DNA from: Patescibacteria group bacterium | GTDB lineage: Bacteria > Patescibacteriota > UBA1384 > 2-12-FULL-50-11 | Assembly (NCBI GenBank): GCA_038058635.1 | Contig: JBBUAP010000001.1 | Coordinates: 295,877 to 359,876 of the forward strand | DNA length: 64,000 nt | Direction: 5' to 3' | In this document: in pieces, positions 54,721-62,818 of the stretch | Numbering within the stretch: position 1 is the first letter of the stretch | Layout: each line of letters begins with the position of its first letter | Made by a program: the position numbers and the translations under genes | Notes under the pieces: model-generated | Database searches by the model: none | Seen by the model: only the letters and a program-made list of their open reading frames with translations | Told to the model about the DNA's origin: nothing

Positions 54721-55587
54721 ATGAAAGGCGTGTTTCTATATCTAGTGGCTGGGTTGATGTTGGTTGGGGGCGGTTTGGTTTGGGTGGCATTATTTCATGG
54801 AATCCAGTCCTCTTCCGCCACGCCTCTTTTTGAACCTAAGAAAAACGAGGCGGTCTCAGAGCCATATTTACAGAACGACTCAACCGTTCCCTCGACCCCG
54901 TCGTCTGTCTATGTACCAATTTTGATGTATCACTACATTCGCGACTACCAAGATCGAACCGATGATCCGCTAGGAATTCAGCTCTCCGTTTCGCCTAAAA
55001 CATTTGACAAACAACTATCGAATTTGAAAGCAGCTGGCTATGAGACGATATCGCTTGAGGATTTTGCTGGCGGTAAATACAAACCCAAGTCAGTTGTTCT
55101 CACTTTTGACGATGGCTATGACGACCATTACACGAATGCTCTGCCAATCTTGGAAAAATATCAGGCCACCGCGACATTTTTTATCGTTTCGGGCTTTCTT
55201 GGACGAACTGGGTATATGACGACGCCTCAGGTTCAGCAATTAAGACTAGCGGGTATGGAAATTGGTGGCCATACGGTTACCCATCTGAATTTGGCTAACG
55301 CCCAGTACGAGAAGGCAATTGACGAGATTAGTAATAGCCTGATATCTCGCGATCCGGTTTTTGCCTACCCATCAGGGAAGTATAACCCCGTTACGCTTGA
55401 TATCGTTTCCGGTCTTGGCATCAAAGCAGCCGTCACCACTAATTTGGGGGTAGCAACCGAAAAAAGCAGCTTGTATGAATTGCCACGCATTCGGGTTAAG
55501 GAACATACCGATCTCTTGAAGCGGATTAATGAGGAAATAGCCATTGCGAAGCGTCAGCTCGCACCTTCCCAACGGAGCAAAGATTAG
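54721..55587 (+). CDS. Polysaccharide deacetylase (CE4)
   Basis: VPILMYH, LTFDDGY, IGGHTVTH, FAYPSG, LPRI. Confidence 0.93.
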   Translation: MKGVFLYLVAGLMLVGGGLVWVALFHGIQSSSATPLFEPKKNEAVSEPYLQNDSTVPSTPSSVYVPILMYHYIRDYQDRTDDPLGIQLSVSPKTFDKQLSNLKAAGYETISLEDFAGGKYKPKSVVLTFDDGYDDHYTNALPILEKYQATATFFIVSGFLGRTGYMTTPQVQQLRLAGMEIGGHTVTHLNLANAQYEKAIDEISNSLISRDPVFAYPSGKYNPVTLDIVSGLGIKAAVTTNLGVATEKSSLYELPRIRVKEHTDLLKRINEEIAIAKRQLAPSQRSKD

Positions 55588-55607
55588 TTAAAATGACAGG
55601 TGTAGTC

Positions 55608-55679
55608 GGGCGGTTAGCTCAGGGGTAGAGCATCTCATTGACGTTGAGAGGGTCGAAGGTTCAAATCCTTCACCGCCCA
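55608..55679 (+). tRNA. tRNA-Val(GAC)
   Basis: GGGCGGT/ACCGCCC acceptor, TCTCA-TTGACGT-TGAGA anticodon arm, GGTTCAAATCC; TAAAAT at 55589-55594. Confidence 0.96.
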
Positions 55680-55681
55680 CA

Positions 55682-56290
55682 ATGAAAAATATTATATATC
55701 TTGCAGTTTTCGTTCTCGTGATCATCGGTATTTTTTCTTTCGTTCCGCAAAACAAACCAACAGACACCGCCACAAATACAACTAACCCTACAAAGGAGAC
55801 AACAACCATGACAGCAGATCCAACAACATTTGAAAAAGTCAGCGCTACCTCGGCCGTAATCAAAACCGCAAAAGGTGATATTGCCCTCGAGCTTTACCCG
55901 AACGATGCCCCAAAAACCGTGATGAATTTTGCGACACTTGCCAAGAACGGTTATTACGACAATCTGACTTTCCATCGTGTTGAGCCGGGTTTCGTTATTC
56001 AAGGTGGTGACCCGAGTGGCAACGGCAGTGGCGGTGTCTCGATATACGGCGCCAAATTTGAAGACGAGCTAAATCCCGTCACCGCTAGCTACAAAACCGG
56101 GTATCTAGAGGGTGTCCTAGCAATGGCCAACGCCGGGCCTAACACCAACGGCAGTCAGTTCTTTATAATGTTGGCCAACAATACTTCTCTGCCAAAAAAC
56201 TACACCATCTTCGGCAAAGTGACTTCTGGAATTGATATAGTCAAAAAAATCGCCATCGGCGAAACAATTATTACAATCGCAGTCAAATAA
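55682..56290 (+). CDS. Cyclophilin-type peptidyl-prolyl isomerase with N-terminal anchor
   Basis: [47 protein letters not shown]. Confidence 0.96.
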   Translation: MKNIIYLAVFVLVIIGIFSFVPQNKPTDTATNTTNPTKETTTMTADPTTFEKVSATSAVIKTAKGDIALELYPNDAPKTVMNFATLAKNGYYDNLTFHRVEPGFVIQGGDPSGNGSGGVSIYGAKFEDELNPVTASYKTGYLEGVLAMANAGPNTNGSQFFIMLANNTSLPKNYTIFGKVTSGIDIVKKIAIGETIITIAVK

Positions 56291-56291
56291 C

Positions 56292-56561
56292 ATGACCCAT
56301 TCTCAGTTAACTGGTTGGTTGTCCCTAGGTGCTGGTCTAATCTCCTTTATTATCGGTGTAAGCGGGGGGATATTATTTCCCGATTTGGACTATTCCGGAT
56401 TTCCGAGCAGGGTTTGGCTTTATTCGGGGTTTATTGCAATAATTTCGGGCTTGATAGCTCTCTTCTCCTCTAGCCAAAAGCAAGAAAGAATTGTTGCTGT
56501 TTTTGGGATCGCATTGGGGATCCTCGGCTTACTAGTTATTTTATTTTCGATTGGGATATAA
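56292..56561 (+). CDS. Small three-TM membrane protein
   Basis: Hydrophobic 89-aa ORF starting 1 nt after the cyclophilin stop. Confidence 0.65.
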   Translation: MTHSQLTGWLSLGAGLISFIIGVSGGILFPDLDYSGFPSRVWLYSGFIAIISGLIALFSSSQKQERIVAVFGIALGILGLLVILFSIGI

Positions 56562-56607
56562 TTAAAAAGCGATACTAAATGCTTTTCTGTTTGACGATTT
56601 CAAGCGG

Positions 56608-57213
56608 CTACTTCTTCACTTCAATCTTTTTAATTTTTGGTTTGACTGGTTCCACCTTTGGGGCGGTGATTTTTAGCGTACCGTCGGCGAGTTTGGCTTC
56701 GACTCGATCGACATTGATCGGGTGGGCAAAACGCACTTGACGAGCGAAAGAGCCGTACTCCCATTCGCGACGGATGAGTTTTTTGGCGACATCGTGCCTG
56801 TCGACAGCGCTCTGGGCGCTAATTGTCAGCGTGTCACCCGAAAACTCAAGATTGAGCTCATGTTCCTTGAATCCTGGCGCCTGAACTTGAATCTCGTACT
56901 CTGCTTCATTTTCGTAGACATTAATCGCTCCGGCTAGTAAGCTGGCATCTGGCGATTCAATCATCTGGACAGGCACTTCAGCAACTGAGGGCAATTGGGC
57001 CACATTCTGGCTGAGGCCCTCAACAAGTTCCTCTAAGTCACAGTTGAAAAACTGAATCATATTAATAAGAAGGGGAAAGCTTGGCAAGTAAGCGCCCTGC
57101 TCGAGCGAGATGATAGACTGACGAGAAATACCTAGCTGACGAGCTAGTTCATCCTGGCTTAGCTCTTGTGCTTGGCGCAGATCCCTTAAAAGCAATCGTA
57201 ATTCCGTGGACAT
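56608..57213 (-). CDS. XRE-family HTH fused to an Hsp20/alpha-crystallin domain
   Basis: LSQDELARQLGISRQSIISLEQG.YLPS then INVYE...APGF...RREWEYGSFAR...ADGTLKITAPK...KKIEVK. Confidence 0.92.
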   Translation of the reverse strand: MSTELRLLLRDLRQAQELSQDELARQLGISRQSIISLEQGAYLPSFPLLINMIQFFNCDLEELVEGLSQNVAQLPSVAEVPVQMIESPDASLLAGAINVYENEAEYEIQVQAPGFKEHELNLEFSGDTLTISAQSAVDRHDVAKKLIRREWEYGSFARQVRFAHPINVDRVEAKLADGTLKITAPKVEPVKPKIKKIEVKK

Positions 57214-57221
57214 TTACCCAT

Positions 57222-57250
57222 AATGTAAAGGAAACTTTACATTGGGTCAA
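57222..57250 (-). promoter_or_regulatory. Promoter with embedded palindromic operator
   Basis: TTGACC-17 nt-TACATT on the minus strand; AATGTAAAG-N4-CTTTACATT at 57222-57243. Confidence 0.8.
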
Positions 57251-57262
57251 GATGTAATTTAT

Positions 57263-58465
57263 CTACTCGTATTTGAGGGCTTCAACTGGGTTTTTGCGAG
57301 CGGCACGAAGGGCGGGCAAGAGCCCGAAAACTACACCAGCGACGACACCCATGCCAACGGCCATCATGATTGTCGAACTGGTAATGGCTGGTTCGAGCGG
57401 CGAGAACTTGGCTGCCAGATACGAGGTCAAGGCAGCTAATCCTATCCCGATGAGTGCCCCGATAACGGTGAGGAGAATAGACTCAATTAAGAATTGAGTC
57501 AGAATTGCTCCTTCGGTAGCGCCAACGGCTTTACGAATACCGATCTCACGGGTTCGCTCGGCGACGGTGACAAGCATAATATTCATGATACCGATGCCGC
57601 CGACCAGTAGTGAGATCGAAGTGATGCCAATCACCATATATTTCAATACATTGATAATCTGATCGACCGTTTTCAAGATATCGGACGGCTTCATGACCGT
57701 AAAATCCATCGTGCCGTGTTTGGCGGTCAGCGCGTCTTTTACTTCGGTGATGGCTTTGTCGATATCTTCAACCGTCTTGGAGTGGACGACAATGCGATTA
57801 ACTTGAGGGGATTTATTAATCTCATTAGCGACCGGCGCGGGAATAAGGAACATTTCTCCCTGGGCAGAGCTGATACTTAGCGACTGCCCGACTTTGAATA
57901 AGCCGATGACTTCGAAATGATCAACGCCAATACTCATCGTTTCACCGACCTTGACCGCCAGTTTGTCTGCGGCTGATTCGCTTAAGACGACGACTCGATT
58001 CTTCAGATCGAGATCCGACTGTTCGAAGTTGCGGCCGGTGACAATATTGATACCGAATAGTTCTTCTGCGCCCGGGGTAATTCCGACGGGCATACCGGTT
58101 AGCTTTTTATCGCCGTGAGTGGCGAGCCCACCGATGAAAACCGCGTAATCAACTGTGCTGTCGATTAGCTCGGTATGAGTTTTGAGGTAGTCGATATCGT
58201 CAACAAGAAGAGTCGATGGTGCTGCCTGGGCGGCAAAATTTGGTGTGCCAGATGAATCGGATTCTCCGGGCATCACAATGATTGTCCGAGGGCCAAAATC
58301 CTCAACAAAGCCACCGATTTGGTTCTGGACTCCCTGGGCGGCGGCCAACAAAGTGACGACGGCGTAAACGCCGATGACGATTCCTAGTAAAGTCAGAAAA
58401 CTGCGCAGGCGATTATTCCAAAGAGATTTCAAGGCGGTTCTAAAATTCTCGAAAATATTCATCAC
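57263..58465 (-). CDS. MacB/FtsX-like ABC permease
   Basis: RSFLTLLGIVIGV, VGGIGIMNIMLVTVAERTREIGIRKAVGA, PVEALKYE. Confidence 0.94.
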   Translation of the reverse strand: MMNIFENFRTALKSLWNNRLRSFLTLLGIVIGVYAVVTLLAAAQGVQNQIGGFVEDFGPRTIIVMPGESDSSGTPNFAAQAAPSTLLVDDIDYLKTHTELIDSTVDYAVFIGGLATHGDKKLTGMPVGITPGAEELFGINIVTGRNFEQSDLDLKNRVVVLSESAADKLAVKVGETMSIGVDHFEVIGLFKVGQSLSISSAQGEMFLIPAPVANEINKSPQVNRIVVHSKTVEDIDKAITEVKDALTAKHGTMDFTVMKPSDILKTVDQIINVLKYMVIGITSISLLVGGIGIMNIMLVTVAERTREIGIRKAVGATEGAILTQFLIESILLTVIGALIGIGLAALTSYLAAKFSPLEPAITSSTIMMAVGMGVVAGVVFGLLPALRAARKNPVEALKYE

Positions 58466-59136
58466 CTCTTTCCCACTAGCTTGTCGCTAACTATTTTGCC
58501 GTCACGCATCGTGATAATTCGAGTGGCATATTCGAGTAAATCGGGGTTGTGGGTGACCATGACGACGGTCGTTCCTTGGGCGTTAATGCTTTTGAATAGA
58601 TCCATTATTTCGCTGCCAGTTTTGGAGTCCAAGTTTCCGGTCGGCTCATCAGCTAGGATTATTTCCGGCTCGGTCACGAGCGCTCGGGCGATCGCGACTC
58701 GTTGCTGTTGGCCGCCGCTCATTTGATTGGGCCAGTTGCGGCGCTTGTTCCATACTCCAACTTGCTCGAGGGCGTGCTGGACCTTGGTGGCGGCGCCTCG
58801 TGTCTGGCCATATAATAGTGGTAGCAAGACATTATCAAAAGATGTTGTCCGACTGATTAAATTAAACGACTGAAAGACAAACCCAAATTTTTTGTTTCGC
58901 AATCCGGCTCTTTGGCGACTAGAAAACTTGTCAACGCGAGTGCCGTCAATACAATATTCGCCCTCGTCGGTGGAGTCGAGTAAGCCAAGTGTATAGAGTA
59001 GGGTCGACTTGCCGCAGCCGCTCGGGCCGATGATGCCAACAAACTCACCCTTGGCGATTTTAAGTGTTACGCCGTCCAAAGCATTCACAACTTCTCCGGC
59101 GGTAAATTGTTTCCGGGCATTAACTAATTTCAACAT
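58462..59136 (-). CDS. ABC transporter ATP-binding protein (LolD/MacB-like)
   Basis: GPSGCGKST, MSGGQQQRVAIARAL, ADEPTGNLD. Confidence 0.94.
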   Translation of the reverse strand: MLKLVNARKQFTAGEVVNALDGVTLKIAKGEFVGIIGPSGCGKSTLLYTLGLLDSTDEGEYCIDGTRVDKFSSRQRAGLRNKKFGFVFQSFNLISRTTSFDNVLLPLLYGQTRGAATKVQHALEQVGVWNKRRNWPNQMSGGQQQRVAIARALVTEPEIILADEPTGNLDSKTGSEIMDLFKSINAQGTTVVMVTHNPDLLEYATRIITMRDGKIVSDKLVGKR

Positions 59137-59188
59137 CAATATCAGGTTACCTTGTCTTACAATTATTGCCAAGAAGTGATAAAATCGC

Positions 59189-59518
59189 TTGGTGGAAACA
59201 GCATCTCTACTTATTTTTCGTTCTTTCACTTTCGAGTTGTTACAAGTCCCCAGTCCTACGGAGAGTCTTCAAATCGGAAGATTGCTTCTAGGCATCGTTC
59301 AGGAGGACGGATTCGAGGAGTTTGTCGGAAGGAATCACTTGTTCTTAACTCGGTCAGTTTGCAACGACTCTGAGGCGATGACGATTGTAATGAGAGGAAT
59401 CGCCAAAAGGCTGTTTGTGACTATCTACGCCACAGACGCCGCTAGACTAGCCGAAATGGAAGGTATCATTTCGGAAAGACTCGATGGAGTCGCAAAGCGA
59501 TGTGAGTCACGTGGTTAA
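59189..59518 (+). CDS. Hypothetical protein
   Basis: 109-aa ORF followed by a strong hairpin; no recognised motif. Confidence 0.45.
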   Translation: MVETASLLIFRSFTFELLQVPSPTESLQIGRLLLGIVQEDGFEEFVGRNHLFLTRSVCNDSEAMTIVMRGIAKRLFVTIYATDAARLAEMEGIISERLDGVAKRCESRG

Positions 59519-59519
59519 C

Positions 59520-59545
59520 GGCCGCCTTCGGGCGGCCAATTCTTT
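59520..59545 (+). terminator. Probable terminator hairpin
   Basis: GGCCGCC-TTCG-GGCGGCC-AATTCTTT. Confidence 0.6.
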
Positions 59546-59593
59546 ACTCATATTGATTGACTTTTCCCCTGTTTAATGCTAGTGTATTCGCAT

Positions 59594-59982
59594 GGGGCTG
59601 TAATGGCTTCGACGGGAACTTTAACAACCAAATTTGCAAGCGGAGAGTACCTGCCTTAGAGTACAAAAAAATACGTGCAAACGTTATGAGCAAAGTCAAA
59701 GCTACTGTAGCAAACGCGTTTGGTAGCTTCGTCGCTCAACCAGTATTCGCCTAAACTCGAATACCGTTTCTCTGTTTGATCTCTACTGAAACAGAGACGC
59801 GTCATAATCGTAGGGTAGTAATTGGGTTTTCATCGGCCCTTTCACAAGATTAAGATGATGCTGTTGCTGGGTGTTTCGTCTGTTTTTAGCCCAATGACCT
59901 AAGAAAAGTAAGCAGTCTAAGCTTGTAGTAGATTTGGTTCGTTTGTTTTCGGACGCGGGTTCGACTCCCGCCAGCTCCACCA
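59594..59982 (+). ncRNA. ssrA: tmRNA
   Basis: 5' GGGGCTGTAATGGCTTCGAC, 3' GGACGCGGGTTCGACTCCCGCCAGCTCCACCA with G3-U70; tag ORF at 59677-59754. Confidence 0.96.
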
Positions 59983-59984
59983 CG

Positions 59985-60012
59985 AAAATTCCACCTTAAC
60001 GGGTGGTTTTTT
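59985..60012 (+). terminator. Terminator after tmRNA
   Basis: CCACC-TTAACG-GGTGG-TTTTTT. Confidence 0.65.
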
Positions 60013-60019
60013 CGTATAT

Positions 60020-60673
60020 ATGGTGCTCGTGGTTGAGTTTATGAAGAATTTGTCGTACAATCGCCGTGTAAAACTTCTCTGCTTCAAAGCAGAACAGGAG
60101 GGGAAGTTGCAGCAACTTATATTACCGAAATTGTTGGTTCTGGATCGGAATATAATCCAGCCACTCTTCTTCACTGCCGGGCCAATCAAAGGCGGCGGCA
60201 ACTGGCAAGAAAAAGCCTGGGACTACCTGGCGAATCAGCTAAACGAGATGGCAGCCGCCATTCCGAGGCGCTGGAAAAGCGATCATCGTCTGTTTGCACA
60301 TCGGGCCACCGGCCAGGAGGATGCATTCGACAGACAGACTCTCTGGGAGCGTCACTACATGCAACGTGCATCTAGGTGGGGCTGCCTAGTGTTCTGGCTG
60401 CCTTGCGAGAGCAAAACAGAGCCACGAACTGACGGCCAGCCTTATGCACGAGACACGTACGGGGAGCTGGGGGCTTGGCGGTCCAGACTGGGCGACAGTA
60501 CCTTCGATAAGGTCGTCATCGGTGCCGAACCGGACTTTCCAGGCCTAAGCGTGATCACCTGCAACATAAATGAGGATCTTGGACGCGAGTTCCCGATCTA
60601 CTCAACGCTCGAAGAGACGCTCGATCAAGCGATCTTGCTGGCTCAGGTAACGTCCGCATTCGAGCCCGGCTAG
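60020..60673 (+). CDS. Nucleoside 2-deoxyribosyltransferase-like protein (start uncertain)
   Basis: FFTAGPIKGGGNWQ, QTLWERHYM, LVFWLP, TYGELG. Confidence 0.7.
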   Translation: MVLVVEFMKNLSYNRRVKLLCFKAEQEGKLQQLILPKLLVLDRNIIQPLFFTAGPIKGGGNWQEKAWDYLANQLNEMAAAIPRRWKSDHRLFAHRATGQEDAFDRQTLWERHYMQRASRWGCLVFWLPCESKTEPRTDGQPYARDTYGELGAWRSRLGDSTFDKVVIGAEPDFPGLSVITCNINEDLGREFPIYSTLEETLDQAILLAQVTSAFEPG

Positions 60674-60691
60674 TCCGGGCTCTTTCAATAC

Positions 60692-60727
60692 TTGACAAAC
60701 TCGCTACCTACACCTAGGGTGGGGGTA
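60692..60727 (+). promoter_or_regulatory. Promoter with CsoR-type G/C-tract operator
   Basis: TTGACA-17 nt-TAGGGT; pseudo-palindrome TACCTACACC-TAG-GGTGGGGGTA. Confidence 0.75.
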
Positions 60728-61008
60728 TGGGTATAAAAAAAGACAAACAAAAAATATTGATTGGGCTTAAAAAAGCAGAGAGTTTACTTAAGAAAATTAC
60801 CTCAATGGTAGAAGCAGACCAATACTGCGTCGATATAATGCAGCAGAACCTGGCCGTGATTGGCTTACTAAAGTCCGTCCATCAGCAAGTGATGCAGGAC
60901 CATCTCCACACTTGTTTTACCGAAGGTGTTGAGTCTGGTTCTAAGGGCAAGCAAAAGAAAATGATCGAAGAAATTATCAAAGTCAGCCGGTTGGCTAACA
61001 AGTCTTAA
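60727..61008 (+). CDS. CsoR/RcnR family metal-sensing repressor
   Basis: MVEADQYCVDIMQQ...HLHTC (Cys-His-Cys ligand set). Confidence 0.92.
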   Translation: MGIKKDKQKILIGLKKAESLLKKITSMVEADQYCVDIMQQNLAVIGLLKSVHQQVMQDHLHTCFTEGVESGSKGKQKKMIEEIIKVSRLANKS

Positions 61009-61016
61009 GGAGGGAA

Positions 61017-61505
61017 ATGACCAAATTCGTTTTATCGGTGATTGCGTTTAGCATCGCGGCAATTTTGGCTATTTATTTTATTGGGTCTAAAAACACGAAA
61101 GAGAATACTACGAGTATCGAGAGTCCCGTCGGTACCTACGAACTTTCGAGCGAAAAGATGGACCTAGGCGAAATGACAGTCGACGTTAAAAAAACTGCTA
61201 ATTTTACTTTCAAAAATACGAGTAGCGAAAAGATGAATTTGAGTAAGTTTGAAACTAGCTGTAACTGCACGATGACCGAAGTAAAAATCAACGGCGATAC
61301 TTCGCCGATGTTCAATATGCCGGCCCATATGTCGAGTGCCGAAAAGGCCTGGAATCGCGATCTAGCTCCAGGCGAAACAGCCGAGATAAATGTTACTTAC
61401 GAACCGGCCTTAATGCCGGTCTACGGCCCGATCGAACGTTACTCAACTTTTAAAATTAATAATTTCAAGGAAATTCGACTAACCGTGGCGGCTACCGTCA
61501 AGTGA
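61017..61505 (+). CDS. DUF1573-like Ig-fold protein with Cys/Met/His motifs
   Basis: DLGEM, FTFKNTS, TSCNCT, MFNMPAHM, LAPGETAEINVTY. Confidence 0.75.
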   Translation: MTKFVLSVIAFSIAAILAIYFIGSKNTKENTTSIESPVGTYELSSEKMDLGEMTVDVKKTANFTFKNTSSEKMNLSKFETSCNCTMTEVKINGDTSPMFNMPAHMSSAEKAWNRDLAPGETAEINVTYEPALMPVYGPIERYSTFKINNFKEIRLTVAATVK

Positions 61506-62362
61506 TGTCGGGGACGATTTTCTGGAGCGCTAGTATCGTTGTCGGATTCATTTCTGGTGCGATCGCCTTGTTTGCGCCGTGTTGCTTAACGGTGTTGCTA
61601 CCAACCTATCTAGCCCAGATTGTCCAAACCCGGGTAAGGGTCTTACTCTCAACGCTCGTTTTCTCGCTCGGCATCGCTGCGGTCATGTTACCGATCGCGC
61701 TCGGATTTCGAGAGCTGATCAACATCTTCAACGATTATCATCCGTACTTTTACGGCATTGGTGGGTTGGTAATGATTCTAATGGGAATCCTGCTGATATT
61801 TCAGTTTAAACTACCGATGTTTGTTAAGCCGACCCAGTTGCAAGGCCGAGCCACCTTCGGATCGCTCTTTTTGCTCGGCGTCACTTCTGGTTTGGCGACG
61901 GCCTGTTGCGCCCCGGTATTAGTTGGGGTCATTGCCCTGACCGCCCTTAGTCCCAGTACTTTCCTAGCTCTACTTGTCGGCACTAGCTATGTCGCTGGTA
62001 TGGTTCTGCCGTTGTTACTGGGAGCATTGCTAATGAGTGGGAGCGGACTAATGAAAATACGAACCTGGCTCAACAAACCGCTTGGCCCGACTACAACTGG
62101 TAGCTTGTTGGCCGGCTTGGTCATGATTGGCTACGGATTATTCCTCGGCATTAGCGTTTTGGCGGGGCGGTTAATCAATTCCGGCGAAATTGACCCAGTC
62201 GCCATTCGGGCAATGACAATAGGGCGCAACATCAGCAAATTCTTGAATGAAAATCCTGTCTTTGCCATTCTTGCCTTGATTGTAATGGCTGGGATAGTAG
62301 TAATTGTCGTCAAACGATTGAGAAAAGAACTAGAATCAAATAAGGGAGGAAAAAATGAGTAA
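61502..62362 (+). CDS. CcdA/DsbD-TM family thiol-disulfide transporter
   Basis: ALFAPCCLTVLLPTY and ATACCAPVL. Confidence 0.88.
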   Translation: MMSGTIFWSASIVVGFISGAIALFAPCCLTVLLPTYLAQIVQTRVRVLLSTLVFSLGIAAVMLPIALGFRELINIFNDYHPYFYGIGGLVMILMGILLIFQFKLPMFVKPTQLQGRATFGSLFLLGVTSGLATACCAPVLVGVIALTALSPSTFLALLVGTSYVAGMVLPLLLGALLMSGSGLMKIRTWLNKPLGPTTTGSLLAGLVMIGYGLFLGISVLAGRLINSGEIDPVAIRAMTIGRNISKFLNENPVFAILALIVMAGIVVIVVKRLRKELESNKGGKNE

Positions 62363-62537
62363 ACAAGAGTGGATGGTGGGAGTCATTGGTTTGTTAGCGG
62401 GGATAGTAATTACAATTGCATTTGGTGCCCTGTATTATTCATCGAACCACAACGGTGCCGGGATGGGAGAGATGATGCGAAGCTTTGGCGGCAATCCTCA
62501 TGGTGAGACATGTTCTGCTAGTAGCTGTAGCGAGTAG
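62355..62537 (+). CDS. Small TM protein with Met/His/Cys tail
   Basis: GGAGG SD; MGEMM...HGETCSASSC. Confidence 0.65.
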   Translation: MSKQEWMVGVIGLLAGIVITIAFGALYYSSNHNGAGMGEMMRSFGGNPHGETCSASSCSE

Positions 62538-62630
62538 ATGAAGACCTACCAGAAGATTGCGTACTGGTTTTGTTGGGCTGTTTTAGCGATCTTAGTAATT
62601 TGGGCCATAACTAGGATTGGGGGCAGATGA
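62538..62630 (+). CDS. 30-aa single-TM microprotein (not in the ORF track)
   Basis: MKTYQKIAYWFCWAVLAILVIWAITRIGGR; abuts the upstream stop and overlaps the next ATG (ATGA). Confidence 0.6.
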   Translation: MKTYQKIAYWFCWAVLAILVIWAITRIGGR

Positions 62631-62818
62631 ACGATCCGGGAATGAAGGCTTCAACAGCAGAGTACCAAGCGTCCTTATTCGGTTCTGTTGTAATTGGTCT
62701 TGGAGTGGGGGTGCTTGTAGCTAACTTTGTACCAACCTGGCTAGGGGTGGCTGCTGTCTTGCTTGGAGCATTGGTTCACGGGTGGGGTATGTATCGAATT
62801 TACAAACGGAGTCATTGA
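62627..62818 (+). CDS. Small two-TM membrane protein
   Basis: GLGVGVL...HGWGMY; coupled on both sides. Confidence 0.7.
   Translation: MNDPGMKASTAEYQASLFGSVVIGLGVGVLVANFVPTWLGVAAVLLGALVHGWGMYRIYKRSH

Noticed and set aside
59557-59754. 65-aa CDS overlapping tmRNA
   Set aside because: Only its 3' part is meaningful, as the tmRNA tag reading frame.
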